Of a stretch of 32,000 nucleotides of DNA, positions 1 through 9,991 are shown piece after piece. This DNA is from Ruminococcus albus 7 = DSM 20455 (lineage in GTDB: Bacteria > Bacillota > Clostridia > Oscillospirales > Ruminococcaceae), in assembly GCF_000179635.2 (NCBI RefSeq), contig NC_014833.1, forward strand, positions 450,001 through 482,000. The letters run 5' to 3'. The notes under the pieces were generated by a model that saw nothing but the letters and a program-made list of their open reading frames with translations, did no database searches and was not told the origin of the DNA. The translations under genes and the position numbers were made by a program. Every line of letters begins with the position of its first letter. Position 1 is the stretch's first letter.

Positions 1-57
1 CTCAGCGAAAAGGACAAGCATCACCCATCACTGGCTGAATCTAAAATTGAATTTTAA
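1..57 (+). CDS. 3' end of an upstream CDS (start outside window), possibly dTDP-4-dehydrorhamnose 3,5-epimerase
   Basis: Frame 1 is open from base 1 to TAA at 55-57 (LSEKDKHHPSLAESKIEF*). It sits directly upstream of rfbB, and I recall an LSEKD-like motif near RmlC C-termini. The fragment is too short for certainty. Confidence 0.35.
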   Translation, partial: LSEKDKHHPSLAESKIEF

Positions 58-69
58 GGAGAATATACC

Positions 70-1098
70 ATGACAATATTTGTAACAGGCGGCGCGGGCT
101 TTATTGGCTCAAACTTCGTTTTCCATATGCTGGATACCTATCCTGATTATCGTATAGTATGTCTGGATAAACTGACCTATGCAGGCAATCTTTCCACACT
201 TGAACCCGTGATGAAGAACCCGAATTTCAGGTTCGTGAAGATAGATATCTGCGACAGAGAAGCTATATACAAGCTGTTTGAGGAAGAAAAGCCCGATATC
301 GTTGTGAATTTCGCGGCTGAATCTCACGTTGACCGTTCTATCGAGAACCCCGAGATATTCCTGCAGACCAACATTCTCGGCACACAGGTGCTGATGGACG
401 CTTGCAGAAAGTACGGCATACAGAGATATCATCAGGTATCCACCGATGAAGTTTACGGCGATCTGCCCCTTGACAGACCCGACCTGTTCTTCACCGAGGA
501 GACACCCATACACACTTCTTCACCCTATTCGTCTTCAAAGGCGGGTGCTGATCTGCTGGTTATGGCTTATCACAGAACTTACGGTCTGCCTGTGACTATT
601 TCCAGATGTTCCAACAACTACGGTCCCTATCACTTCCCCGAGAAGCTGATACCCCTGATGATAGCAAATGCACTGGCTGACAAGCCCCTGCCTGTATACG
701 GTGAGGGTCTGAATGTCCGCGACTGGCTGTACGTTGAGGATCACTGCCGCGCTATCGACCTGATAATCCACAAGGGAAAAGTCGGCGAAGTTTACAATGT
801 CGGCGGACACAACGAGATGAAGAACATCGACATAGTAAAGCTTATATGCAAGGAACTTGGCAAGCCCGAAAGCCTTATCATACACGTTGAGGACAGAAAG
901 GGTCACGATATGCGTTACGCTATCGACCCCACAAAGATACACAACGAACTGGGCTGGCTGCCCGAGACTAAGTTTGCGGACGGTATCAAGAAGACTATTG
1001 ACTGGTACCTGAACAACCGTGAATGGTGGGAAACAATAATAAGCGGAGAATATCAGAACTACTACGAGAAGATGTACGGTAATCGTGCGGAGGTCTGA
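70..1098 (+). CDS. rfbB: dTDP-glucose 4,6-dehydratase
   Basis: 342 aa. N-terminal Rossmann motif TGGAGFIGSNF, an STDEVYG motif and YSSSK (the YxxxK catalytic motif of extended SDRs). The overall sequence is typical of RmlB. AAGGAG RBS upstream. Confidence 0.95.
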   Translation: MTIFVTGGAGFIGSNFVFHMLDTYPDYRIVCLDKLTYAGNLSTLEPVMKNPNFRFVKIDICDREAIYKLFEEEKPDIVVNFAAESHVDRSIENPEIFLQTNILGTQVLMDACRKYGIQRYHQVSTDEVYGDLPLDRPDLFFTEETPIHTSSPYSSSKAGADLLVMAYHRTYGLPVTISRCSNNYGPYHFPEKLIPLMIANALADKPLPVYGEGLNVRDWLYVEDHCRAIDLIIHKGKVGEVYNVGGHNEMKNIDIVKLICKELGKPESLIIHVEDRKGHDMRYAIDPTKIHNELGWLPETKFADGIKKTIDWYLNNREWWETIISGEYQNYYEKMYGNRAEV

Positions 1099-1099
1099 G

Positions 1100-2179
1100 A
1101 TGTCCGCAAAGCGCAATTATTCAACCGATTTACTTCGTTGTATACTGATGATAATGATAACTGCGCATCACATTATCGTTCATACATTAGATCTTAAAGC
1201 GCTTGGGACAGGCAGTGTTGCGGCCGACAGGTTCGATTTTTCACTGTTTTTGCTGAACTCATTTTGTATTATAGCTGTTAACGCATTTTTCTTCATAAGC
1301 GGTTATTACTCAATTAAACTTAAATCAAAAAAAATAGTCTTACTGTACGTTGAAATGGTGTTCTACCTGTTCTTATGGTACCTTGTCATGCTTTTGACAG
1401 GGCAGTTTCCTCTGAAATCGGGACAATCGCTCAAATATCTTTTCAATGTGGCGTTCCCTATCTCGACGTACTGGTTCATGGGCGCATATTTTCTGCTTTG
1501 CATACTTGCGCCTTTCATTAATGGATTTATAGATTCCCTTGATGCGGAAAAGCAGAAAAAACTGCTGATAACCCTTAGTGTCGTAGCTGTGATATACGGC
1601 TTTATATTCGACTGGGACGGTATCGGCAGAGGACACACGTTTTTGCACGGATTGTATATGTATTTCGTAGGTATGCTGTGCCGCAAGAACAGTGAAAAGC
1701 TTCCCAAGAACAAGCTGATATATCTGGGAATATATCTTGCAACTTCGGGGGCTGTTGCTTTTGCGGCTTTTGTGATGTACAGACATTCACATTCCACGCT
1801 GGCATGGTATATTTACAGCTACAACGATCCGCTGATAGTAATAGGTGCTGTGGCACTTTGCCTGCTGTTTATTTTCTGGGATTCATACGGACCTGTATCG
1901 GAATTTTCAAGCAGGATATCAAAATATGTGCTTTCTGTCTACCTTATAACGGTAAACCCGACATTTGTTTTTTATCCCGTAAAGAGATTCATGGAGACAC
2001 ACAACAGTCAGCCTGTTGTCATCTCCTCGATAGTCGTATATTCGATAGCGCTTTTTGCTGTATGTATAGTTATCGATCTTCTCAGGGAAAAGCTGTTTGC
2101 ATTTTTAGGCAGAGTACTTCATTTGGAGGATTTATATGAAAATATTTGTAACTGGTATTGGTGGTCAACTCGGTTATGA
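1100..2179 (+). CDS. Acyltransferase family 3 (OafA/YrhL-like) integral membrane O-acyltransferase
   Basis: About 10 predicted TM helices. The N-terminal motif (RCILMIMITAHHI) is typical of acyltransferase-3 proteins. I prefer ATG 1100 (GGAGG at 1089-1093) over the track's GTG at 1085. The 3' end overlaps rfbD by 44 nt. Confidence 0.8.
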   Translation: MSAKRNYSTDLLRCILMIMITAHHIIVHTLDLKALGTGSVAADRFDFSLFLLNSFCIIAVNAFFFISGYYSIKLKSKKIVLLYVEMVFYLFLWYLVMLLTGQFPLKSGQSLKYLFNVAFPISTYWFMGAYFLLCILAPFINGFIDSLDAEKQKKLLITLSVVAVIYGFIFDWDGIGRGHTFLHGLYMYFVGMLCRKNSEKLPKNKLIYLGIYLATSGAVAFAAFVMYRHSHSTLAWYIYSYNDPLIVIGAVALCLLFIFWDSYGPVSEFSSRISKYVLSVYLITVNPTFVFYPVKRFMETHNSQPVVISSIVVYSIALFAVCIVIDLLREKLFAFLGRVLHLEDLYENICNWYWWSTRL

Positions 2180-3023
2180 TGTTATAAACGAACTGAAAAA
2201 GCGCGGTCATGAGGCTGTGGGTTCTGATATTTTCGACGGTGTTGAACAGGATGTTGAGTACAGAAAGCTTGACATCACCGACAAAGAAGCAGTCGAAAAA
2301 ACGCTGACGGAAGTAAGACCCGATGCTGTGATACACTGTGCCGCATGGACTGCTGTTGACGCGGCAGAGGATGAGGAAAATCTCCCGAAAGTACGGGCGA
2401 TAAATGTTGACGGCCCGCAGAATATCGCAAATGTCTGCAAAAAGCTGGACTGCAAGATGATACAGATATCCACCGACTATGTTTTCAACGGACAGGGCGA
2501 AACTCCCTGGCAGCCCGACTGCAAGGACTACGCACCGCTGAATGTTTACGGTCAGTCGAAGCTTGACGGCGAACTTGCGGTAGCCAACACCCTTGAAAAA
2601 TATTTCATCGTCAGGATAGCATGGGTATTCGGCGTGAACGGAAATAACTTCATCAAGACCATGCTGAATGTGGGCAAAAAGTACCCAGAGGTACGTGTGG
2701 TAAACGACCAGATAGGTACACCCACCTACACCTTCGACCTTGCACGTCTGCTGGTGGATATGGCTGAAAGCGATAAGTACGGATACTACCATGCTACCAA
2801 CGAGGGCGGATATATAAGCTGGTATGACTTCACCTGCGAGATATTCAGACAGGCGGGTTATGATACGAAAGTCACCCCTGTGACAACTGCGGAGTACGGA
2901 CTTTCCAAGGCGGCACGTCCTTTCAACAGCAGACTTGACAAGTCCAAGCTTGCAGAAAACGGCTTTGAGCCTCTGCCGACATGGCAGGACGCAGTAGCCA
3001 GATATCTGAAAGAAATTAAATAA
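2136..3023 (+). CDS. rfbD: dTDP-4-dehydrorhamnose reductase
   Basis: 295 aa. MKIFVTGIGGQLG Rossmann start, STDYVF and YGQSK motifs typical of RmlD. GGAGG RBS at 2123-2127. Confidence 0.93.
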   Translation: MKIFVTGIGGQLGYDVINELKKRGHEAVGSDIFDGVEQDVEYRKLDITDKEAVEKTLTEVRPDAVIHCAAWTAVDAAEDEENLPKVRAINVDGPQNIANVCKKLDCKMIQISTDYVFNGQGETPWQPDCKDYAPLNVYGQSKLDGELAVANTLEKYFIVRIAWVFGVNGNNFIKTMLNVGKKYPEVRVVNDQIGTPTYTFDLARLLVDMAESDKYGYYHATNEGGYISWYDFTCEIFRQAGYDTKVTPVTTAEYGLSKAARPFNSRLDKSKLAENGFEPLPTWQDAVARYLKEIK

Positions 3024-3039
3024 TCGGGTGGTCATATAA

Positions 3040-4104
3040 ATGTTTGACAATAATATAAAAAATGTTTTTGTTACAGGTGCGGCAGGATTTATCGGCTCGA
3101 ATCTGGTAACAAAGCTGTTCGGTATGCTTGACGGTGTATGTATCATCGGTCTTGACAATATGAACGATTACTACGATGTAAGCCTGAAAGAGTACCGCAT
3201 AGCAGAGATAGAAAAGGCTGAAAAGAACAGCAAGTGCACTTTTAAATTCTATAAAGGCGACCTTGCTGACAAGGCACTTATCACGAAGATATTTGAGGAA
3301 CACAAGCCTGAGATAGTTGTGAACCTTGCGGCGCAGGCAGGTGTGAGATATTCTATCGAGAACCCCGATGCTTACATAAATTCCAATATGATCGGCTTTT
3401 ATAATATCCTTGAAGCCTGCCGTCATAATCCTGTGGAACATCTTGTTTATGCAAGTTCTTCCAGCGTTTACGGCGGAAACAAGAAAGTTCCATTCAGCAC
3501 TGATGATATGGTAGACCACCCTGTTTCACTGTATGCGGCTACCAAAAAGAGCAACGAACTTTTTGCCCACGCATATTCAAAGCTGTACAATATCCCAACA
3601 ACGGGCCTTCGTTTCTTTACCGTTTACGGCCCTGCGGGTCGTCCCGATATGGCGTATTTCGGATTCACCAACAAGCTTGTTAACGGCGAAACAATAAAGA
3701 TATTCAATTACGGAAACTGCAAGCGCGATTTCACTTTTGTTGACGATATCGTTGAGGGCATAGTCCGTGTTATGCAGAAAGCTCCCGAAAAGAAAAATGG
3801 TGAGGACGGTCTGCCTGTACCGCCTTATGCGCTGTACAATATCGGCGGCGGCACTCCCGAAAATCTGCTGGATTTCGTGCATATACTCAGCGAGGAACTT
3901 GTCCGCGCAGGGGTACTGCCCGAGGATTATGATTTTGATGCGCACAAGGAACTAGTACCGATGCAGCCGGGAGATGTCCCCGTGACTTACGCGGACAGCA
4001 CCGCACTTGAGCGCGATTTCGGTTTCAAACCGACAATCGACCTGCGCACAGGTCTGCGCCGTTTTGCGGAGTGGTACAAGAATTTCTATATGGGAGGAAA
4101 GTAA
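3040..4104 (+). CDS. NAD-dependent sugar epimerase, UDP-glucuronate 4-epimerase-like
   Basis: 354 aa extended SDR with [20 protein letters not shown] and YAATKK motifs. It resembles Cap1J/LpsL-type UDP-GlcA 4-epimerases and lies immediately upstream of ugd. Substrate is inferred, not proven. Confidence 0.75.
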   Translation: MFDNNIKNVFVTGAAGFIGSNLVTKLFGMLDGVCIIGLDNMNDYYDVSLKEYRIAEIEKAEKNSKCTFKFYKGDLADKALITKIFEEHKPEIVVNLAAQAGVRYSIENPDAYINSNMIGFYNILEACRHNPVEHLVYASSSSVYGGNKKVPFSTDDMVDHPVSLYAATKKSNELFAHAYSKLYNIPTTGLRFFTVYGPAGRPDMAYFGFTNKLVNGETIKIFNYGNCKRDFTFVDDIVEGIVRVMQKAPEKKNGEDGLPVPPYALYNIGGGTPENLLDFVHILSEELVRAGVLPEDYDFDAHKELVPMQPGDVPVTYADSTALERDFGFKPTIDLRTGLRRFAEWYKNFYMGGK

Positions 4105-4105
4105 T

Positions 4106-5338
4106 ATGAAGATCGCAGTTGCGGGTACAGGATATGTGGGACTTTCGCTGGCGGTATTGCTGGCGCAGTATAATTCTGTTACCGCTGTTGACATCGTACC
4201 CGAAAAGGTGGACATGATAAACAGTAAAAAATCGCCCATTCAGGACGATTACATAGAGAAATATCTTGCCGAAAAAAAACTCGACCTCACTGCAACTCTT
4301 GACGGCGAGAGCGCATATAAGGACGCTGAATTTGTTATAATCGCAGCCCCCACCAACTACGACCCGAAGAAAAATTTCTTCGATTGCAGTGCGGTTGAAG
4401 CAGTTATCGGACTTGTACAGAAAGTCAATCCCGATGCGATAATGGTCATAAAATCCACCATACCTGTTGGATATACCAAGAGCGTGCGCGAGAAGTTCGG
4501 TACAAAAAACATAATTTTCAGCCCCGAGTTTCTGCGCGAAAGCAAGGCACTTTATGATAACCTCTATCCCAGCCGTATCATTGTCGGTACCGATATGGAG
4601 GATGAGCGTCTTGTAAAAGCAGCACATACCTTTGCTGCACTGCTGCAGCAGGGCGCAATAAAAGAGGATATCGACACTCTGTTTATGGGCTTCACCGAGG
4701 CTGAGGCTGTAAAGCTGTTCGCAAATACTTATCTTGCACTGAGAGTAAGCTATTTCAACGAGCTTGACACATACGCAGAGATGAAAGGTCTTGATACCCA
4801 GCAGATAATCAACGGTGTTTGTCTTGACCCTCGTATAGGTACGCATTATAATAATCCTTCCTTCGGCTACGGCGGATATTGTCTGCCCAAGGATACCAAG
4901 CAGCTGCTTGCGAATTATGCTGATGTTCCGCAGAACATGATGTCTGCTATAGTTGAATCCAACAGGACGAGAAAGGATTTCATCGCAGACAGAGTTCTCG
5001 AAAAGGCAGGATACTATTCGTCGAACAGTTCGTGGGATTCTACCAGTGAAAAGAATGTTGTTATAGGCGTTTATCGTCTGACAATGAAATCCAACAGTGA
5101 TAATTTCCGTCAGAGTTCCATACAGGGCGTTATGAAGCGTATCAAGGCTAAGGGTGCAACAGTTATAATCTACGAGCCCACCCTGAAGGACGGCGAAACA
5201 TTCTTCGGAAGTCAGGTCGTGAATGACCTTGAAAAATTCAAGGCTGAGTCTGCGGCTATCATCGCCAACAGATATGACAGCTGTCTTGATGATGTGCAGG
5301 AGAAGGTCTACACCCGTGACCTTTTCAGAAGAGATTGA
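4106..5338 (+). CDS. ugd: UDP-glucose 6-dehydrogenase
   Basis: [14 protein letters not shown] Rossmann start and the catalytic-Cys motif [10 protein letters not shown]. The true start is ATG 4106 with GGAGG upstream. The track's 4007 start is only an in-frame read-through extension overlapping the previous gene. Confidence 0.93.
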   Translation: MKIAVAGTGYVGLSLAVLLAQYNSVTAVDIVPEKVDMINSKKSPIQDDYIEKYLAEKKLDLTATLDGESAYKDAEFVIIAAPTNYDPKKNFFDCSAVEAVIGLVQKVNPDAIMVIKSTIPVGYTKSVREKFGTKNIIFSPEFLRESKALYDNLYPSRIIVGTDMEDERLVKAAHTFAALLQQGAIKEDIDTLFMGFTEAEAVKLFANTYLALRVSYFNELDTYAEMKGLDTQQIINGVCLDPRIGTHYNNPSFGYGGYCLPKDTKQLLANYADVPQNMMSAIVESNRTRKDFIADRVLEKAGYYSSNSSWDSTSEKNVVIGVYRLTMKSNSDNFRQSSIQGVMKRIKAKGATVIIYEPTLKDGETFFGSQVVNDLEKFKAESAAIIANRYDSCLDDVQEKVYTRDLFRRD

Positions 5339-5344
5339 TGTGAT

Positions 5345-5376
5345 AAAGGCACTTCTGTGTAAGGAGTGCCTTTTTG
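5345..5376 (+). terminator. Rho-independent terminator after ugd
   Basis: AAAGGCACTTC / GGAGTGCCTTT stem (about 11 bp including one G-U pair), 7-nt loop, followed by TTTTT. Confidence 0.7.
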
Positions 5377-5441
5377 TTTGTGATATTTGACTATTTTGCG
5401 AATTGAGATTTGTACTTTCTGCTAAAAATAATAAGAAATTA

Positions 5442-5470
5442 TTGAAAAATTTGGGATAATCTGTTATAAT
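5442..5470 (+). promoter_or_regulatory. Sigma-A type promoter for the lipoprotein gene
   Basis: TTGAAA (5442-5447), 17-nt spacer, TGT-TATAAT (extended -10; TATAAT at 5465-5470). Confidence 0.55.
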
Positions 5471-5547
5471 CAAGACGTTGGAAAATAAGGTGGGTGACAC
5501 CGCGACAGAATTAGGGTATATCCCGGATTCAGAAAGGTTGGGTTTTA

Positions 5548-6480
5548 ATGAAAAAAGTTCTCGCATTGACTCTCGCACTGACAATGTCTGCTATGATGTT
5601 TGCTTCGTGCGGTGATTCTAAGGATGAAAGCAAAGCTGATGCGTCTTCAAAGGCTGCAGCATCGGAGGCTGCGGAGGGACAGGCTGATGTGTCAGAGGCA
5701 GCTGAGGAGTCGGAAGCAGCTGAAGAAACAAGCGCTCCCGAAGTGACAGAAGAACCTGCCGAAAGCGAGGCAGAGGCTGCACCTGAGATTGCAGAATTTG
5801 ACAGAACAAAGGTGATAGGCTACGATGAAACAGCAACCGAAACTGTTATCGAGCTGACAGACCAGATATCGGATGCATGGACAAACGGTCTGGGTTCATA
5901 TTCTGTTGAAGGCGGCAGCGGTGATAACTATGTCGACGGCAGATGCTTTGACAGAGATAAGGATGTACACATGGTAGTTGAGTTTGAGTACACCGAGAAG
6001 TTCAATCAGATGATCGAGGAGGATATCACAGATCAGCACAAGCAGCAGATCGTTATAGGTCCCGGTCACGCTAACGGCTGGAACAAGTTCGGTGAGACAT
6101 TTGAGGGACTTATTACCGACTATCCTGCAGTGAATGATCCGAACCTGAAAGATTACGTGGTAGCTAACGGTGAAGATCTGGCAACACCCGAAACCAAGGA
6201 TGAAGCATCCAAGACGGATCAGGTATGGCCTGATGTATTCGTTAAGTCTGACGGATTCATAAAGATAGGCAATCACGATGTAAAGTCTGTTGAGTTCACT
6301 ATCCCCGCGGCTGAGATCAATGCACTTATCGACAATTCCACACTCGATCCCGATGATCCCGAGAAGTGGGGCGATGGTATAATGTTCCAGATCGGCGGCA
6401 ATATGTACATTACCAAGATCACCATAGATCAGGGCAACGTTTTCCTGAAATCTCAGATCGCTGAAAGCGGAATGGCATGA
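5548..6480 (+). CDS. Secreted lipoprotein with an acidic Glu/Ala-rich linker, function unknown
   Basis: Signal peptide with lipobox (MMFASC, Cys21). About 70 aa of low-complexity E/A/S-rich sequence, then a roughly 220-aa globular domain that I cannot assign to a family. Confidence 0.75.
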   Translation: MKKVLALTLALTMSAMMFASCGDSKDESKADASSKAAASEAAEGQADVSEAAEESEAAEETSAPEVTEEPAESEAEAAPEIAEFDRTKVIGYDETATETVIELTDQISDAWTNGLGSYSVEGGSGDNYVDGRCFDRDKDVHMVVEFEYTEKFNQMIEEDITDQHKQQIVIGPGHANGWNKFGETFEGLITDYPAVNDPNLKDYVVANGEDLATPETKDEASKTDQVWPDVFVKSDGFIKIGNHDVKSVEFTIPAAEINALIDNSTLDPDDPEKWGDGIMFQIGGNMYITKITIDQGNVFLKSQIAESGMA

Positions 6481-6502
6481 TCGTAAATAATTAGCTGAAA
6501 TA

Positions 6503-6532
6503 AGCGGATAGCTTTGTGCTGTCCGCTTTTTG
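6503..6532 (+). terminator. Rho-independent terminator
   Basis: AGCGGATAGC / GCTGTCCGCT stem (10 bp, one mismatch), loop TTTGT, followed by TTTTT. Confidence 0.7.
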
Positions 6533-6592
6533 CTATATCTATAGTCTATAAGAGTGACAAAAAGACCGTCGCAGAAACGACGGTCCGAATGG

Positions 6593-7558
6593 TCATATTC
6601 TGTTATCAAGGAATGCAAGGGTCTTTTCATCATAGACCATATCCTGTGCTGCCATGTTCTCCTCCATCTGCCAGAGCTTTGTAACGGCAAATACAGATGA
6701 TACAAAGAATGGCTGGCTGTTCAGGTAGCCCAGAGGAACTACCGCAGGAGGTGTGCCTGTTTTATCGCATAGCTGTTTTACTCTTGCAAGACGTGCAAGG
6801 TTCGCTGTAGAAGCAAACTGGCTTTCCGGCAGATTTGTAGCTGCATCACCTCTCGCAAGCTTTGCGAAAAAGCCTTTAGCCTGGGGCGAGAATGCCATCA
6901 CAGGGAAATTGTGTCGTCTGTACCACCCGAATTCCCTTGTATCCATGCATACGAGTGTTTTATCACCGAGTATATCGGTGCTTGCGTGTGCGAGTGAATA
7001 GTTTATCTGGCTGATGCGGATAGGTTCAAGTCCATTCTCGCGGGCATAGCGGTTGGCTTTTTCGATACGTGCGGTAGTCCAGTTAGATACACCTATGAAA
7101 TGTATCTTCCCGGATATATACATTTCGTTCAGTATAGGCATTATTTCTTCAACGGGAATATGCGGATCATCGCGATGAAGAAAATAAATATCTACGTAGT
7201 CAGTTTTAAGACATTCAAGACTCTTTGCAAGGTCTGCTTCAAGGCTTGCCCTGTCAAGACGGGACTCGCCTGTTTCGAGGTCGTGATGACCACCCTTTGT
7301 GGAGATGATAACCTTGTCACGACATTTTCTGGATTCCAGCCATCTGCCGATAACAGATTCGCTTGAATCAGCACCGCCTTCGATCCATTCACAGTAAACG
7401 CGGGCAGTGTCTATACACCAGCCGCCAAGCTCGATATATTTATCCAGGCAGGAAAAATAAGCATCATCATTATCGTGTCTTTCAAAATTAGCCGTGCCAT
7501 ATGTCAGGCATGGTATCTTTATCTCGTATTTTTCGTTCTTCAGTGTGCAGGTCAGCAT
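6593..7558 (-). CDS. Aldo/keto reductase family oxidoreductase
   Basis: 321 aa. The AKR catalytic tetrad context is visible: DTARVY (Asp, Tyr), STKGG (Lys), FLHRDD (His). GGAGG RBS. Confidence 0.9.
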   Translation of the reverse strand: MLTCTLKNEKYEIKIPCLTYGTANFERHDNDDAYFSCLDKYIELGGWCIDTARVYCEWIEGGADSSESVIGRWLESRKCRDKVIISTKGGHHDLETGESRLDRASLEADLAKSLECLKTDYVDIYFLHRDDPHIPVEEIMPILNEMYISGKIHFIGVSNWTTARIEKANRYARENGLEPIRISQINYSLAHASTDILGDKTLVCMDTREFGWYRRHNFPVMAFSPQAKGFFAKLARGDAATNLPESQFASTANLARLARVKQLCDKTGTPPAVVPLGYLNSQPFFVSSVFAVTKLWQMEENMAAQDMVYDEKTLAFLDNRI

Positions 7559-7681
7559 CTTGTCATAACCTCCTCTTGTTTCATTATATATCCCTACTAA
7601 TCATTATCCTTAAAGTATAACATATAAATCGCGTGATTTATATAATAAATTGTAAAATTTTATGTTTTTGTTCTGAGCCCC

Positions 7682-7710
7682 TTGACAAACAGAGAAAAGT
7701 GTTATATAAT
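7682..7710 (+). promoter_or_regulatory. Sigma-A type promoter of the ylxM-ffh operon
   Basis: TTGACA (7682-7687), 17-nt spacer, TATAAT (7705-7710). Perfect consensus hexamers. Confidence 0.65.
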
Positions 7711-7821
7711 AGGTGATGTTGTAAAGCTGAGAAACTTTACAGGTATCCAAAAAAGTTCGCAGTACCTTGTGAAGGACAGCGGACAATTATGGAAGAACCT
7801 GCAGAACAGGAGGTCTATGGT

Positions 7822-8223
7822 ATGGCTAAGAGCTTTGAAATGTATATTCTGCTCGATTTGTACGGCAGGCTCCTGACAGAGAAGCAGTTCAATATCATGG
7901 ATCTGTATTATAATGATGACCTCAGTCTTGGTGAGGTCGCAGCAGAGTGCGGTATCTCCCGACAGGGCGTACACGATGCTGTCAAGCACTGTGAAAAGGC
8001 GCTTGAAGAGTACGAAGAAAAGCTTGGTCTGCTGAAGGCACAAAAGGCTTATGTTGAGGAACTGAAGGAATTCAAGGCGCAGGCGCTGGATATATTCAAC
8101 GAGTGTAAGCGCATCAGTCTTTCAAGACCTATCGCTGAAAAGACGATAGTACTGCTTGAAAATCTTGACAGCAAGCTGGCCGAATACGAAACTGAAGAAA
8201 TTATTGATGAAGCCGCAGAATGA
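7822..8223 (+). CDS. ylxM: YlxM/UPF0122 helix-turn-helix protein (SRP-associated)
   Basis: Sequence typical of YlxM (LLDLYGRLLTEKQ...YYNDDLSLGEVAAECGISRQGVHD) and the conserved position directly upstream of ffh. Start chosen at ATG 7822 (GGAGG at 7809-7813). The track's ORF begins at 7789. Confidence 0.85.
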   Translation: MAKSFEMYILLDLYGRLLTEKQFNIMDLYYNDDLSLGEVAAECGISRQGVHDAVKHCEKALEEYEEKLGLLKAQKAYVEELKEFKAQALDIFNECKRISLSRPIAEKTIVLLENLDSKLAEYETEEIIDEAAE

Positions 8224-8262
8224 CGGCATTTACATACACACCACGGACAGGGAGGCATACTT

Positions 8263-9639
8263 ATGGCATTTGAAGGATTGAGCGAAAAGCTCGGCGGCGT
8301 TTTCAAAAAGCTTAAAGGCAGAGGAAAACTTACCGAGGCAGACGTCAAGGAGGCTATGAAAGAAGTCAAGATGGCTCTGCTGGAGGCTGACGTAAGCTAT
8401 AAGGTGGTCAAGGATTTCGTGGCTAACGTCACCGAGAGAAGTGTCGGTGAGGACGTGCTGAAAAGCCTAACTCCCGCACAGCAGGTGATAAAGATAGTTA
8501 ATGAGGAGCTTGTCAAGCTGATGGGCGAGGCAAACTCAAAGATAAATTTCCCCAGCAAACCGCCTTGTGTTATAATGATGTGCGGCTTGCAGGGTTCAGG
8601 TAAGACTACTCATGCAGCAAAGCTGGCTAAGATGTTCAAGCGCCAGGGCAGCAGACCTCTGCTGATAGCTGCGGACGTCTACAGACCTGCAGCTATCGAT
8701 CAGCTGAAGATAGTAGCAGAGAAGGCGCAGGTGCCTGTATTCGAGATGGGTCAGATCGATCCCCGCAAGATAGTTAAGGAAGGTCTTAAACAGGCTAAGG
8801 ACTACGGCAACGATATGGTCATAATCGATACCGCAGGTCGTCTGCACATTGATGAAGAGCTCATGGATGAGCTGAAGGATATCAAGAAGATAGCAGAACC
8901 CAGCGAGATCATGCTGGTAGTCGATGCGATGATCGGTCAGGATGCCGTCAAGGTGGCTTCAAGCTTTGATGAGGCACTGGGTATAGATTCGGTCATACTG
9001 ACAAAGCTCGATTCAGATACACGTGGCGGTGCTGCGCTGTCAGTGCTGGCTGTTACAGGTAAGCCTATCAAGTTCGTGGGCATGGGCGAAAAGCTTGACG
9101 AGTTCGAGCCTTTCCACCCCGAGAGAATGGCTTCAAGGATACTGGGCATGGGTGATATGCTCACTCTTATCGAAAAAGCGAGCCAGACGGTTGATGAAGA
9201 GGAAGCTGAGAAGCTTGCAAAGAAGATGCAGGAGGAAGGCTTCGACCTGAATGACCTCTTGGAACAGATGAAGCAGATCCACAAAATGGGCAGTATCAAG
9301 AACATCATCTCGATGCTTCCCGGTGCAAATAAAGTATCCGATGAGGATCTTGAAATGGGCGAGGCTGCACTGAAAAAGACCGAGGCTATGATTCATTCCA
9401 TGACCAAGGCTGAACGCAAGAAGCCTGCGATAATAGATCCTAAGCGTAAAAGACGTATCGCTGCGGGCAGCGGCACACAGGTATCAGATGTTAATCAGCT
9501 TCTGAAGCAGTATGAGGATATGAAGAAGATGATGAAACAGTTCGGTATCGGCGGCGGTGGACTTCTCCACGGCAAGGGAGCAAGACGCAAGAGAGCTGCA
9601 CTGCTGAAAGGTCTGGGTGCAGGAAAACAGCCTAAATAA
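8263..9639 (+). CDS. ffh: Signal recognition particle protein Ffh
   Basis: 458 aa. GLQGSGKTT P-loop, DTAGR and TKLD GTPase motifs, a Met-rich M domain and a basic C-terminal tail. Confidence 0.97.
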   Translation: MAFEGLSEKLGGVFKKLKGRGKLTEADVKEAMKEVKMALLEADVSYKVVKDFVANVTERSVGEDVLKSLTPAQQVIKIVNEELVKLMGEANSKINFPSKPPCVIMMCGLQGSGKTTHAAKLAKMFKRQGSRPLLIAADVYRPAAIDQLKIVAEKAQVPVFEMGQIDPRKIVKEGLKQAKDYGNDMVIIDTAGRLHIDEELMDELKDIKKIAEPSEIMLVVDAMIGQDAVKVASSFDEALGIDSVILTKLDSDTRGGAALSVLAVTGKPIKFVGMGEKLDEFEPFHPERMASRILGMGDMLTLIEKASQTVDEEEAEKLAKKMQEEGFDLNDLLEQMKQIHKMGSIKNIISMLPGANKVSDEDLEMGEAALKKTEAMIHSMTKAERKKPAIIDPKRKRRIAAGSGTQVSDVNQLLKQYEDMKKMMKQFGIGGGGLLHGKGARRKRAALLKGLGAGKQPK

Positions 9640-9661
9640 GGCTGATACGTGAGGTAACAGA

Positions 9662-9871
9662 ATGAGCAATACGATAGCAGCAATATTTGGGTTTGCGGCA
9701 GGTTTCTTCTGTATATTCTGTGCGTACAAGGACTACGACTGGTTCATGAACAGCAGCAAAGCACGTTTCTGGGTAAAGGTGCTCGGCCGTGACGGCGCAA
9801 GAAAGTTCTATATGGGACTCGGTGCGTTCATAATCGCTGTAGGTGCTGTACTTTGTTTTACGGGAGCTTAG
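9662..9871 (+). CDS. Small two-TM membrane protein, unknown function
   Basis: 69 aa with two hydrophobic helices. GAGG RBS 7 nt upstream. Lies between ffh and rpsP. I recognise no family. Confidence 0.5.
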   Translation: MSNTIAAIFGFAAGFFCIFCAYKDYDWFMNSSKARFWVKVLGRDGARKFYMGLGAFIIAVGAVLCFTGA

Positions 9872-9991
9872 TTGAAGATCCTTGCTGGGATGCATCCCGG
9901 AGGAAGTTGATCGGTATTGTTTTATATAATGTTTTCAATGCGGAGTTCCCCGCTTTGATATATTAAGGAAAGTTTATGGAGGTGAATACAA

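Noticed and set aside
2082-3158. 358-aa minus-strand ORF, with similar antisense ORFs at 109-513, 535-1116, 1363-1797, 3016-3519 and 3577-3945
   Set aside because: All are antisense to strongly supported rfb/epimerase genes, lack motifs and have low-complexity shadow composition.
4007-4105. N-terminal extension of ugd given in the ORF track (start 4007)
   Set aside because: It overlaps the end of the epimerase gene. The canonical Rossmann N-terminus [12 protein letters not shown] begins at ATG 4106 with GGAGG upstream.
4025-5584. 519-aa ORF on the minus strand
   Set aside because: It is entirely antisense to the well-supported ugd gene and runs through its terminator. The composition is Cys/Leu/Ser-rich shadow-ORF sequence with no RBS or recognisable motif, so it is a frame artefact of ugd codon usage.
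7623-7642. Inverted repeat TATAAATC-gcgt-GATTTATA between the aldo/keto reductase and ylxM promoters as a possible operator
   Set aside because: It is AT-rich, short and in a region full of promoter-like A/T hexamers, so it cannot be distinguished from chance by eye.
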